Shown: positions 9,702 through 19,628 of the stretch, piece after piece
Layout of the letters: each line of letters opens with the position of its first letter
Numbering within the stretch: the stretch's first letter is position 1
DNA from: a virus
Length of the DNA: 64,000 bases
Direction: 5' to 3' (one strand)
Virus record (IMG/VR): IMGVR_UViG_3300017963_000231
Span: 1 to 64,000 of that record
The notes under the pieces: model-generated
The model's database searches: none
Seen by the model: only the letters and a program-made list of their open reading frames with translations
What the model was told of the DNA's origin: nothing
Translations under genes and position numbers: made by a program

Positions 9702-11897
9702 ATGACTTGGATGCTTAAACAAGGAGATGCCTTGAATGTTTTAAGGGAAATGGGTGATAACTTTACTCATTCTATCGTATGTGATCCACCTTACGGATTG
9801 AAATTCATGGGGAAAAAGTGGGATGCCGGACTACCGGACCCGGAGATATGGAAAGAGTGTCTTCGGGTACTCAAGCCCGGTGGATTCATGTTCGCTTTCT
9901 CCGGAACCCGGACCTATCACCGATTAGCGGTGGCCGTAGAGGATGCAGGATTCATCATCCATCCCATGTTCGGATGGATCTATGGGTGCCTTAGTGAGGA
10001 TACTGAAATACTTACGAAAAATGGGTGGAAACACTACCATAAATCCATTGAAGATGAGGATGTATTATGTTATACTCCAGGTAAGCAAAGTTTTCACTTT
10101 GAAAAACCTACTAGGAGTTTTTGCTATGAGAACGAACATCCCGCTTATCGAATTGAATCAGATTTTACAAGTCAACTCGTGTCCCGAAACCACCGTTGTC
10201 TTGTTGAACGAGATGGAAGAGAGGTATTCATCCGAGCCGAAGCATTGGAATCAGAAGAGACTGTACCCTTTTTGGAAAGTTTGTCCGATTTGCCAGAATC
10301 CCTTTTCAGTGAAGAATGTGAAGGAGTTTCACGGAAAAAAGACGTGTTCTCGAAAATGTGGAAACAAAATGATAGGGATAAAAAAGAAGGGGAAAACCAT
10401 AAATCCGGAACAATGTCCCGGAAAGATTCAAATAACATGTCCGGTTTGCGGGAAAAAAGTATGGAAAAACCGAGCGTGGATCAAACGAGTAAAAATCCCG
10501 ACATGCTCCAAAAAATGCAATGGCCAACTTCGATCCAAAGAATTAGTGAAGCATTCACACAAGGGAAGGAAAAACTGGCCAGAATCCGCCAAAAAATCCT
10601 TTTCCAAGAAAATGTCAGGCCCGAACAACCCAGCATGGAAAGGAGGGGTTACCAGAAGACGATCAAGGGGAAATTATGGTTCCGTTATTTATGTGAGATG
10701 CCCTGCCGAATTTTTAACTATGGCGAGGAAAGACGGTTATGTTATGCAACACCGATTAGTGATGGCGCAATATTTGAAACGCCCCCTGAAAAAAACGGAA
10801 GTAGTGCATCACAAAGATCACAATCCTCGCAACAATTCTTTGGAAAATCTGATGCTTTTTCCAAACAACCAAGAACACAAGTTGTACGAAGCACGAGAGC
10901 AAAAGTAACTAAAGTTGAATACAAAGGGAAAGTATGGTGTGTGCAAGTTTCGTCAGGGGCTTTTGTTGCCCGGCGTAAGGGTAAAATATTCATCACTGGA
11001 AATTCCGGGTTCCCAAAAGGGGCTGATCTAAGCAAGGCGATTGATAAAAAGCTCGGGGTAACTCGCAAGATAGTTGGAGTAGGGAAAGGGAGGACAGGCG
11101 ATGCCGCCCAACCCCACGGTGGCAGTCTCCATAGTGATGATAACTATCAGTGGCCCGGTGAGTTTAACGTCACTATGTCCGGCTCGGAAGAGGGGCAGAA
11201 ATGGGAAGGATGGAAGTATGGACTGCAAGCCCTCAAACCCGCCCTGGAGCCCATCCTACTCGCTCAGAAACCTTTTGAGGGGAAACCCGTTGATTCGATC
11301 CGTAAGCATGAGGTGGGAGCATTCAATATTGATGCTTGCCGTATCGCCCATAATGAAGAGTGTCGGGAAATGAAAGATCAACCTAATTACGGAAAGTTTT
11401 ACGGTCAAGGTGGAAGGCATGGGGCTACTCTTGAATTGAAACCTGAAGGACGCTACCCGGCTAACCTACTCTTGGATGGAGAACATCTAGGAGATGAATC
11501 GAGGTTCTTTCCAGTGATCGAGGTATGTCCTTTCATGTATCAAGCGAAAGCCTCCAAGCGGGAGCGGAATGAGGGATTGGATCACTTGGAGTCAAAATTC
11601 TCAGCTACGATGGGGGATGGGATAGGACAACGGGAACACAATCCGGAGGAAAAAAGTGCTTACGTCAAGAACATTCATCCCACCGTCAAGCCCGTTGAAC
11701 TGATGAGATGGTTGATCAAGCTCGTAACACGAGATGGACAACTCGTGCTTGACCCGTTCGCCGGATCAGGGACTACCGGCATAGCTTGTATCCAAGAAGG
11801 CAGGGACTTCATAGGTATCGAACTGGACCTGGAATACTGGAAAATTGCGACTGAGCGTTTGGATTATTGGGAGAAGAAACATGGTACAACAAAGTAA
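9702..11897 (+). CDS. DNA N6A/N4C methyltransferase (beta class) interrupted by an intein
   Basis: DPPY near the N-terminus; HPTVKP and DPFAGSGTTG near the C-terminus; the WIYG|SGFPK extein junction is restored on removing the insert. Confidence 0.9.
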   Translation: MTWMLKQGDALNVLREMGDNFTHSIVCDPPYGLKFMGKKWDAGLPDPEIWKECLRVLKPGGFMFAFSGTRTYHRLAVAVEDAGFIIHPMFGWIYGCLSEDTEILTKNGWKHYHKSIEDEDVLCYTPGKQSFHFEKPTRSFCYENEHPAYRIESDFTSQLVSRNHRCLVERDGREVFIRAEALESEETVPFLESLSDLPESLFSEECEGVSRKKDVFSKMWKQNDRDKKEGENHKSGTMSRKDSNNMSGLREKSMEKPSVDQTSKNPDMLQKMQWPTSIQRISEAFTQGKEKLARIRQKILFQENVRPEQPSMERRGYQKTIKGKLWFRYLCEMPCRIFNYGEERRLCYATPISDGAIFETPPEKNGSSASQRSQSSQQFFGKSDAFSKQPRTQVVRSTRAKVTKVEYKGKVWCVQVSSGAFVARRKGKIFITGNSGFPKGADLSKAIDKKLGVTRKIVGVGKGRTGDAAQPHGGSLHSDDNYQWPGEFNVTMSGSEEGQKWEGWKYGLQALKPALEPILLAQKPFEGKPVDSIRKHEVGAFNIDACRIAHNEECREMKDQPNYGKFYGQGGRHGATLELKPEGRYPANLLLDGEHLGDESRFFPVIEVCPFMYQAKASKRERNEGLDHLESKFSATMGDGIGQREHNPEEKSAYVKNIHPTVKPVELMRWLIKLVTRDGQLVLDPFAGSGTTGIACIQEGRDFIGIELDLEYWKIATERLDYWEKKHGTTK
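9987..11003 (+). mobile_element. Intein (339 aa)
   Basis: N-terminal CLSEDTEILTKNGW, block B VSRNHR, C-terminal YKGKVWCVQV...FITGN followed by Ser. Confidence 0.9.
10213..10908 (+). CDS. HNH homing endonuclease in the +1 frame nested within the intein (start uncertain; ORF track start 9943)
   Basis: Two CxxC...CSxxC Zn modules, GPNNPAWKGG, HRLVMAQYL, VVHHKDHNPRNNSLENL. Confidence 0.85.
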   Translation: MEERYSSEPKHWNQKRLYPFWKVCPICQNPFSVKNVKEFHGKKTCSRKCGNKMIGIKKKGKTINPEQCPGKIQITCPVCGKKVWKNRAWIKRVKIPTCSKKCNGQLRSKELVKHSHKGRKNWPESAKKSFSKKMSGPNNPAWKGGVTRRRSRGNYGSVIYVRCPAEFLTMARKDGYVMQHRLVMAQYLKRPLKKTEVVHHKDHNPRNNSLENLMLFPNNQEHKLYEAREQK

Positions 11898-12051
11898 TGT
11901 GGTAAAAGAAAAGTTTCGGGAACATCGATGGGCAAGATATGAGCATAGATTTCAAGCTCTTGCGGAATCAGCTTTGGATTTAATCAAGAAGAAAGCCCGG
12001 AGAGAATCAGAAATAAATGATCTTATTCAGGCTCTTCAAAACTTCAAAGAT

Positions 12052-12086
12052 GGGAAAAAAGCCGCATATTATGCGGAAGATTTCCC
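12052..12086. repeat. 35-bp dyad element, copy 1
   Basis: GGGAAA-N5-CGCA-N5-TGCG-N5-TTTCCC. Confidence 0.8.
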
Positions 12087-12100
12087 GAAAGGGGATGAAA

Positions 12101-12550
12101 ATGACTGAGCGTAAATTTGAAATGACGGATGAAAAAAGAATGGAGATCATCAAGACGTTCCTGGAAAACCGGTGTTTCCCGATCATGTACCAGAAAGGTA
12201 AATCTAGCGGAGGATCGTCCAATGACCCCAATCAAGGTTTTGACGCGGCGGCTATGCCGGAAGTGTGGATCGACCGATACCATGTATGGTGGATATATGC
12301 CGTCAAGCAAATCTGGCGGATCAAAGGATGGATTGTAAAGCGTACCATGGCCGAATCCCTTGCGGAGATGTGCGCGGATGTGGTCAATTATACCCTGATC
12401 CTCGTTTCTATGCTGGTACAAGATGGGTTGATCGATCTGGATGAGAAACCATTCTTGGAAAAGGAGATGTTGACCTGCACCGACTGTAACTCCCGGCTTG
12501 TGATGAATGAGGGAAGTTTGATTTGCGAAGAGTGCAAGAAGGAGCACTAA
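12101..12550 (+). CDS. DUF1599/Nmad1-like nucleotide-modification-associated protein
   Basis: K..RI...ESLAEMCADVVNY motif; C-terminal Zn ribbon. Confidence 0.5.
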   Translation: MTERKFEMTDEKRMEIIKTFLENRCFPIMYQKGKSSGGSSNDPNQGFDAAAMPEVWIDRYHVWWIYAVKQIWRIKGWIVKRTMAESLAEMCADVVNYTLILVSMLVQDGLIDLDEKPFLEKEMLTCTDCNSRLVMNEGSLICEECKKEH

Positions 12551-12551
12551 G

Positions 12552-13900
12552 ATGCAAAGGAGTACGGCTCAAAAAAGAGTTAAGGAATGGGATCTGAAAA
12601 TTAACGATCAACAATATCGGCTCGATCAACTTCAACGTCAAGTGTGGGATCTCAAGAAGAGCTTGGCGGTGAGTAAGGCTAAACGGGATGAGGTTCTCCT
12701 CGATTACTTGATGGAGGCAGAGACAACGAGTGAATTTGCGATAGGCAAGTGGCATAAATCGTCTGAAATACCGCCCCCTAAAGACGGAAGGCATATACTC
12801 GGATGTTTTACGGGAGATATCTATCAAGTCAGATGGGTTGAAGCAATAGGCTACGGTCAGGATGGGTATTGGGAACAAGCATGGATAGATAACTCCGGCG
12901 GAACTTACCTTGATCCGGAGTATTGGGTAGAAATTTTCCCTCCTGAAGGAGAAAAAAATGAGTGAGCACGATAAAGAACGTATAACTCGGGAAGAGGCTG
13001 AAAAACTTTTGAATGATGTGCTGAAAGCCCTATCAGGGGAGCGGGATTTTGATTCCATAGATATGGCCAGCGTCAAACTTCAAAAGTTCAAGGATAAATG
13101 GTTTAGTGGCTTTACCTATTCTCCTCGAAGTTGGGTACTCTGCCGATTTGTTCCGCCGAAAGATGAGCCTATTTTCCTCGTTTATAGAGGTTATAAATCG
13201 GCTGGAAATCATGAGTTTCATGTCAATGAAAGCACTTGTCCGGTGAATATTTGCCGTGGGGCAGAGACTCTCATAGTTGGGGATGATAAAGATCCTCATG
13301 GTGTGATGGAATATATTTGCGAGATGGATGCCCCTGATATTCAGGGGAAAACCGGATTTGAGATAAATGAAATCGAGGAGAAAGCCATGAAGGAACTATT
13401 CAAAATGGCTATCCCTGAGGATGCCAAGGAAACGGAATTTCTACGGATATTAGCAGGAGAAAACAATGAGTGACCTGAAAATAGTAGAATGGTTGGAAGA
13501 TTCTGATGAAATTGATGAGTTCCCTATTTCCGTCGGATGGATGGGGGGATGGGTCGGGACCAGACCTGATCCGGAGGATGAATCGGAGTTTCCTAGATCG
13601 TTATTTGATGGATCTCATCGCTGGAAGGATTATCTCGAATACCTGGAGACGATAAATCCTAAAGATGATCTTTATATAGAACCTAAATATCCTTTGGTCG
13701 ATTACATTGAGGTCATTCGGAAGGAAGTTCTCAAGCATAAGCTGAGATGGACTGGCGCTGAGCATCAAGCAATCGGAATTCCCAAGTTCTCTGATGGGAC
13801 GGTAGGGGTATTCTCCTACCGTGCTTGGGGGGATTTGATGGCCGCGATTTGGTCTGAGGAAGAGGATAAAGACTACTCGTACATGGATTTCTATTGTTGA
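12552..13900 (+). other. Hypothetical genes (12552-12965, 12958-13473, 13466-13900)
   Basis: Overlapping ORFs with SD motifs. Confidence 0.7.
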
Positions 13901-14069
13901 GCGGGAAATTAATTAAAGTACAGTTACTTGTAATTGCTTGGCTTTCAATATTTTAGTACGGTATAGCTTGACACACTACGATTATTAAGGTAGAGTAAAA
14001 ATATGGGGTTTAGGAAAAAATCTTCAAAATGCTATTGCCAACACCTGAAAAGTGTGTTACCTTTAAGAT

Positions 14070-14170
14070 CAAATATGTCCACGGATCCAATTTACTCCGT
14101 TATGGAGTTCCCTGGACCCCATACCCGTGGACAATACCAATTAGGCCCTCATTCCGGTGAGGGTCTTTTT
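14070..14170 (+). ncRNA. Candidate small RNA or attenuator leader ending in a terminator
   Basis: Promoter-like TTGCCA-17-TACCTT (14035-14063); GTCCACGG/CCGTGGAC stem; AGGCCCTCA/TGAGGGTCT hairpin plus T-run. Confidence 0.45.
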
Positions 14171-14571
14171 GCGTTTTCCTTCCTGAAGGGGAGGCCCCTT
14201 TTAACTTGGCGGTGGGGAGGGGCCTCCCCGATGATTATGGTCTAACCATGGGAAAAGTAATTCCTTTTCAGAATACCGTTTGTGTGGAGTTATTCCGCAC
14301 GTATGTTGCTTGCCCTCAATGTAAATCACGAGCTAGGCTTACCATAACATTTAATCATCAATGTTATGACTATGATATCGAGTGCTTGCATGAACCCCGT
14401 TTACATGCTGATGGGGACATGGGTAGGGATTGGGTTGACCCGGAAGGTCTTTTTCATAATCAACTCGGATGGTTTATCGAGAAATGTAGAGAGAAAAACG
14501 TGGTTTTTGAGAGTAGCGGATACAAAAAATTTCCCTTAAAAGTAATGTAAACCCTAGATTGGAGGTCGAAA

Positions 14572-15510
14572 ATGCCTGAATACGTACCATTTTATACTGA
14601 TTTACCCGATGAGCTATCCGTTTTGGATGGAATTGTATTCGGGTTTTTCGTGAATGCTTCTCGGCAAACGGGGTATGCGTTTATGTCAGTCGAATCCCTA
14701 GCCAAGAAGTTGAAAAAATCAACAAGGACTATCGAGAACTCTATCCGGAATCTGAAGAAAGCCGGATTGATTTTTCGTCAGCGGAGATCGAAAGGGAAAG
14801 TTGCTCATACTTACGTCAATGCCGAACGGTATAAAGTGTCCTCAACCCACCATAAACCCCCTCCTCAAGACCCGCAATATATTGCGGATCAAGAATCCCT
14901 AGACCTGCAAAAAACTGCGGGTCAAAAGGCTTTAGATCCGCAAAAAACTTCAGGTCATTTAAAAGAAAAGAAAGAAGTTAAAAGAGAAGAAGAAATAATA
15001 ATAGATATCCCAACCGGTATAGAAAGCCAGGAGGATCAAGAAATGGGATGGAAAGAGGATGTAGCAAAGGCTGAGGCAATTGCCAAGGAGAAAAACAAAA
15101 CGGCCAGAGAACGGAAGATGGCCAAACAACCATTCCAAGGTTCCATCGGAAAAGACTTCGATGAGCCTACCTATCCGGAGATAAGGGAGCACTACCGCTC
15201 GGAGTATCAGCGATTGCTTGGAATGCCAGTAGGGATTTCGGCCAGTGAGGCCAGTAGATTGAAAATGGCCGTAAACGAGTACGGAGGAACAATTACAAAG
15301 AACATAATTACATATTTTTTTGCTAATGTGGATAAACTCGTGGAAGATTTAGGGATAAACAATATTCATGCTGGGATATTTTACGGTATGTATGCTCGGA
15401 TGTTGAAGTGGAAAATGGATAGGGATAATTGGGATGAGAAAGCTGATAGGGAGTGGGAAGAAGCTAAGAAAAACAAGAAACCTGGACTTACTTGGGAGGG
15501 ATTGTTATGA
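14572..15510 (+). CDS. Replication initiator (N-terminal winged HTH)
   Basis: SVESLAKKLKKSTRTIENSIRNLKKAGLI HTH; internal iterons; lies upstream of loader and helicase. Confidence 0.75.
   Translation: MPEYVPFYTDLPDELSVLDGIVFGFFVNASRQTGYAFMSVESLAKKLKKSTRTIENSIRNLKKAGLIFRQRRSKGKVAHTYVNAERYKVSSTHHKPPPQDPQYIADQESLDLQKTAGQKALDPQKTSGHLKEKKEVKREEEIIIDIPTGIESQEDQEMGWKEDVAKAEAIAKEKNKTARERKMAKQPFQGSIGKDFDEPTYPEIREHYRSEYQRLLGMPVGISASEASRLKMAVNEYGGTITKNIITYFFANVDKLVEDLGINNIHAGIFYGMYARMLKWKMDRDNWDEKADREWEEAKKNKKPGLTWEGLL
14868..14957. repeat. Iterons (putative origin), three copies with 33-bp period
   Basis: AGACCCGCAATATATTGCGGATCA / AGACCTGCAAAAAACTGCGGGTCA / AGATCCGCAAAAAACTTCAGGTCA, followed by an A-rich tract. 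Confidence 0.75.
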
Positions 15511-15842
15511 CTCAGGAATTGTTGATCGGGGGAATCACTGCTTACGCTTGGATTGGGGGGGTGCTATTCGGATTTGTAGCACGAGAGATAATGGGGGATC
15601 CTAGTAAACCTGAGATACCGATTTTAGCGTGGATTGTTTTGGCGATGTCTACGGTAATCTGGCCTTTGGAAGTGCTGATTGTAGCGATTGTCACGTATCT
15701 CGGGGAGCGAAAGATGGTGAGTGCATCCAGGGATGCGGCGAAGGAAGCCGTAAAGGATTCGGGTTTGACTGAGGAGCAAGCTGAGGCCCTACTCAGGGGA
15801 ATGGAAAAGGGCTTTCACGAGGGGAGCCGGGGGTTGCATTGA
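15507..15842 (+). CDS. Hypothetical membrane protein
   Basis: Two hydrophobic segments. Confidence 0.6.
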   Translation: MTQELLIGGITAYAWIGGVLFGFVAREIMGDPSKPEIPILAWIVLAMSTVIWPLEVLIVAIVTYLGERKMVSASRDAAKEAVKDSGLTEEQAEALLRGMEKGFHEGSRGLH

Positions 15843-16426
15843 TGGATCCGTCTGAGGCGAAGCTGATGGACTCAGGGGCTCCCAAATGGGTGTTCCGCAT
15901 ATTCCGGTCAAAGACGTTTTTGAGTTCCCATTCCGAGGAAGTCAAGCACAACCTTAAGACTTACCTTGATAACCTTGATACGATGCGACGTGATGGAATT
16001 GGGTTGGCCTTCATGGGGAAACCCGGAACCGGCAAGACGGGGTTGATGGGATGGGTGTTTTCTCGGGTGATCGATCAGTGCGGGGCTGGAGAGTGGATGT
16101 CACAGGTCAGGCTTTTGGATCTTGTGAAATGGCGGGAAAATTACGATGAGGATACCACTTGGCGCGAACGGTTGATTGAGGTTCCAGTGCTGGCGTTGGA
16201 TCGGATTACTCCTCCGACGGATAAGACTCAGGTGCTTTGGGAGTTATTGGATGACCGGGCGGCAGAGAAGAACATCACATTTTTGACCTTCCAGGATAGT
16301 GTGAATTTGAAGAAGATAGAGGAATCATACCTGGAGTTGGTCAAGAGTTTGGCGTATCCCATTATGTTAAATGGAAAAAGTTTGCGTGTAGCTCGGGCGG
16401 ATAAGATAGCGGAGATGTTTGAGTAG
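15839..16426 (+). CDS. DnaC/IstB-like helicase loader ATPase
   Basis: GKPGTGKT Walker A, VLALD Walker B; position between initiator and helicase. Confidence 0.75.
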   Translation: MMDPSEAKLMDSGAPKWVFRIFRSKTFLSSHSEEVKHNLKTYLDNLDTMRRDGIGLAFMGKPGTGKTGLMGWVFSRVIDQCGAGEWMSQVRLLDLVKWRENYDEDTTWRERLIEVPVLALDRITPPTDKTQVLWELLDDRAAEKNITFLTFQDSVNLKKIEESYLELVKSLAYPIMLNGKSLRVARADKIAEMFE

Positions 16427-16435
16427 GGGGATTGA

Positions 16436-17749
16436 ATGGGGATTGAAAATTCATTGATTCAGGCGATAGCTAAGGAAGGGACTCTCGGGACGGCTGAGGA
16501 GAAAATCTCAACGGATATGTTCCATTCGGAGAGGGAGAAAGAGGTTTACGAGCAAGTATTGATTCATCATCGGGATTTTGGAAAGGTTCCTGATTTGGAG
16601 ACCTTAAAGCTCAAGTGGGGATTTGAGCCGGATCCGGCAACTCCCTTAGAGCCGGTGGAATTTTGGATCAAAGAACTCTATAACCGGGAACGGTATAACA
16701 AGATTGCGAGTGCTCAGGTTGATATTGTGGAAGCGTTGAGAAAGCGGAATCCAGCTAAAGCGGCTGAGTTGATGCAGGAGACGGTGGATATTGTCTCGAA
16801 GATAGGTCCGGAAATAGGGTCTGTCACCTGGAGAGAGGCGTACAATGCCGATGCGGTGAAGGAGAGGGTTGAGCAGTACGATAGGGTGAAGTCCGTTGTT
16901 GGGATCGATGGGATTCCTTCCCCATGGCCGACGTTGGACGGGGCTACGTTCGGATGGCATGAGAAGGATTTCGTGCTTGTGGTGGCGAGATCCGGTGTTG
17001 GAAAGACATGGGCGATTTTACACATGGCCAAGGCGGCTTGGGAAGCCAAGAAAAAGGTGTTATTTGTGACGTTCGAGATGGCAGAGAACACGATTGGCCG
17101 GAGGCTTGATTCTCTTGTGGCGAAGGTTCCATATCATCAGTTGAGGGCGGGTGAGCTTGGGGTATTCGTAGAGGCCATGTATAAGAAAAAGTTGGAGGAG
17201 GCCCCAAAGGAAGGATTTACGATTCTCTCAGGTGGCTGGGCGGCTACTCCGGCCCAATTGGAGATCGTGATAAAGAAGTTGAATCCTGATATTGTATTCA
17301 TTGACGGGCTTTATTTGATGCAGGACGGGCTTAAAACTCGGGAGCCGTGGCAGAGGGTTCAAAATGTGGCTGATCAGATAAAGCAAATGGCGATGAGAGT
17401 TGATATTCCGGTGGTGGGGACAGTCCAGTTTAACCGTAATGTGAATATCAAGAAGTTGAAAGCCGGTCTGGAGAGTGTAGGAGGGGCTGATAGGTTGGTC
17501 CAGAATGCTGATATAGTGGTAGGACTTTTCCGGAATGATAAATTAGTAGCGGAAAAAGAACTGGTATTGAGACTCCTAAAAGTTCGAGAGGATGAGATGG
17601 TGTCGGTTCTTTTGAATTGGGATTTCGATAAGTGCGATTTCTCGGAGAAGGGTCGATATGAGGATCCAACTAAGTCTACAAAGGCGAAGCACGATCCAAC
17701 TAAGGCTAAGAAAGCAGGAATCGTAGATGAACCTGAGCCGGATTATTAA
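16436..17749 (+). CDS. dnaB: Replicative DnaB-like helicase
   Basis: ARSGVGKT, FEM, VFIDGLYLM, QFNR, QNAD, KVR motifs. Confidence 0.9.
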   Translation: MGIENSLIQAIAKEGTLGTAEEKISTDMFHSEREKEVYEQVLIHHRDFGKVPDLETLKLKWGFEPDPATPLEPVEFWIKELYNRERYNKIASAQVDIVEALRKRNPAKAAELMQETVDIVSKIGPEIGSVTWREAYNADAVKERVEQYDRVKSVVGIDGIPSPWPTLDGATFGWHEKDFVLVVARSGVGKTWAILHMAKAAWEAKKKVLFVTFEMAENTIGRRLDSLVAKVPYHQLRAGELGVFVEAMYKKKLEEAPKEGFTILSGGWAATPAQLEIVIKKLNPDIVFIDGLYLMQDGLKTREPWQRVQNVADQIKQMAMRVDIPVVGTVQFNRNVNIKKLKAGLESVGGADRLVQNADIVVGLFRNDKLVAEKELVLRLLKVREDEMVSVLLNWDFDKCDFSEKGRYEDPTKSTKAKHDPTKAKKAGIVDEPEPDY

Positions 17750-17764
17750 TTTTTGCTTAAAAAC

Positions 17765-17793
17765 TTGACAAAACGTTTTATAAAGGGCATAAT
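17765..17793 (+). promoter_or_regulatory. Sigma70 promoter with likely leaderless transcript
   Basis: TTGACA-17-CATAAT; ATG lies 6 nt after the -10 box with no SD. Confidence 0.75.
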
Positions 17794-17799
17794 AACATT

Positions 17800-18516
17800 A
17801 TGCGATATGAAACCGAGTTCATAAAAAAGATGGATCGAGTAGCTTCCGGTTACGGGAGGCATGAGGTATTTTCTGATTGGCTCGTGTTGGCCGGGAGTTC
17901 GCTTTATAACTCGATTCACAAGGATTCTGAGGTTGAGAAGTCATACCTTGATATTTTCAAACGGTATGATAAACCGAGTATGGGTCGAATGGTTGAGCTT
18001 TTAAGCCTTACCGTTGAGGCCCTGGAGCATGAGCCTACGGATTTTCTCGGGAGTGTCTTTCAAGAATCAGAGGTAAGCAGTAAATGGGGAGGGCAGTTTT
18101 TTACTCCATCGTCATTAAGTCAGATAATATCTGCTTTGACTCTTTTGGATGTGGATCGTAAGCCTGGAAGGGTGCTGAGGATCAGTGAACCGGCTTGCGG
18201 GTCCGGGGGGATGGTTATCGCGGCATTCAATCAACTTGAGGATGAAGATAAAGAGTGGGTTCATTTTGTCCTTCAGGATGTCGATGTCAGATGTTTTTAC
18301 ATGGCTTATATTCAGCTTTTCCTTTTGGGGATCAGTGCGGAAGTAGTTTTAGGGAATACTTTGACCATGGAGTGCCGCAGGAATTGGAAAACTTTTGGTT
18401 ACTATGCTTTGGGTATGGAGATGAAACTCAGGATGGATGAGTTAATAGAGGCTCTTTCCAAAAGTGGATCCGGGAGTAAAGAGGATGCAAGCGGAGAAAA
18501 TCGAGAAGATTCTTGA
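17800..18516 (+). CDS. HsdM-like N6-adenine methylase-family protein (SAM-binding part)
   Basis: GQFFTP and EPACGSGGM motifs; no NPP(F/Y) seen. Confidence 0.8.
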   Translation: MRYETEFIKKMDRVASGYGRHEVFSDWLVLAGSSLYNSIHKDSEVEKSYLDIFKRYDKPSMGRMVELLSLTVEALEHEPTDFLGSVFQESEVSSKWGGQFFTPSSLSQIISALTLLDVDRKPGRVLRISEPACGSGGMVIAAFNQLEDEDKEWVHFVLQDVDVRCFYMAYIQLFLLGISAEVVLGNTLTMECRRNWKTFGYYALGMEMKLRMDELIEALSKSGSGSKEDASGENREDS

Positions 18517-19534
18517 GTTCATTGGGTGTGATAAGATTCGATCCGATGAGAATAATGTGCATGCTTCTTGTCCAATGAGGCATTGGCGGCATGATGGGGG
18601 AACTGACCGGAGCCCTTCATTCGGAGTGAAGATCAATCCTTCTGGACCTTCGAGCTATAACTGCTATTCATGCAAAACTAAGGGGACGGATCTGAAGATT
18701 TTGGTTTGGGAGTGGATGGAAATGACAGGTAAATCCCTTCCGGCTGAGATGCAGGAGTGGTTGCATGAGGATTATTTAGACGTAATAGCTAAGGTGAATA
18801 ATATTTATGATTATGAGCCTGACCGGAGACGGGAGGATGTTTTGCCGGAGGAGTGGTGGTCTCCCTATGCTGGAAGTGTTCCGCGTTACTTGTTGGATCG
18901 AGGGATCACTTTGGATACGGCTCGGGCTTGGGGTCTTGGGCATGACAAACGTAATAGGCGACTCATGTTTTCAATAAGGACGGCTCAAGGGGAGTTGGCC
19001 GGTTTTATTGGACGCAAGATTCGGGAGCGTGATCCAGGCCCTAAATATTGGACGGTAAGTGGAATTAAGAAGGGGAGGTACTTGTACGGGGAGAATATGC
19101 ATGTTTCGGGTAAAGTGGTTGTGGCGGTAGAAGGGACGATGGATGCGTTGCATGTTTGGCAATCAGGTATTCGGGATGTAGTGGCCATTCTTGGGAGTGC
19201 ATTGACTAAAGATCAGGCTCGAACGTTGGTCCAGTGGGATTTGCCGGTGTATTGGTTCTTGGATAACGATAATGCCGGAAAGCGGGGTATGATCGAAGCC
19301 TATCTCAAACTCAAGGATAGAGTTCCTATGTACGCCGTTAAATATTTTGAGGGTTATAAAGAGCCTACTGATTTTACGGGTGTCGATTTAGAGGAGGCTT
19401 TATCAACGGCTGAAATTATGGATGTGTGGGTTGCTCGTACCAAGCGGGAGATGGATCAGGCTCGGAAAGAGCGTAAAGCGAAAGCTAAAGAATCTTCCGA
19501 TCATTTTATGGCTGATAAGATGGTTGACAAATAG
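18485..19534 (+). CDS. DNA primase (DnaG-like)
   Basis: CP..H...C..C Zn finger, PKY, VEGTMDA and DNDNAG TOPRIM motifs. Confidence 0.9.
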   Translation: MQAEKIEKILEFIGCDKIRSDENNVHASCPMRHWRHDGGTDRSPSFGVKINPSGPSSYNCYSCKTKGTDLKILVWEWMEMTGKSLPAEMQEWLHEDYLDVIAKVNNIYDYEPDRRREDVLPEEWWSPYAGSVPRYLLDRGITLDTARAWGLGHDKRNRRLMFSIRTAQGELAGFIGRKIRERDPGPKYWTVSGIKKGRYLYGENMHVSGKVVVAVEGTMDALHVWQSGIRDVVAILGSALTKDQARTLVQWDLPVYWFLDNDNAGKRGMIEAYLKLKDRVPMYAVKYFEGYKEPTDFTGVDLEEALSTAEIMDVWVARTKREMDQARKERKAKAKESSDHFMADKMVDK

Positions 19535-19552
19535 GTTTATATGCTCTATAAT
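19524..19552 (+). promoter_or_regulatory. Sigma70 promoter
   Basis: TTGACA-17-TATAAT. Confidence 0.85.
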
Positions 19553-19628
19553 AGAGCACTACATAAAGGGACTCAGTGCCCTAAATTAACGGGCTAAATA
19601 GCCTAGAAAAACCGAGGAGGTATGTATC

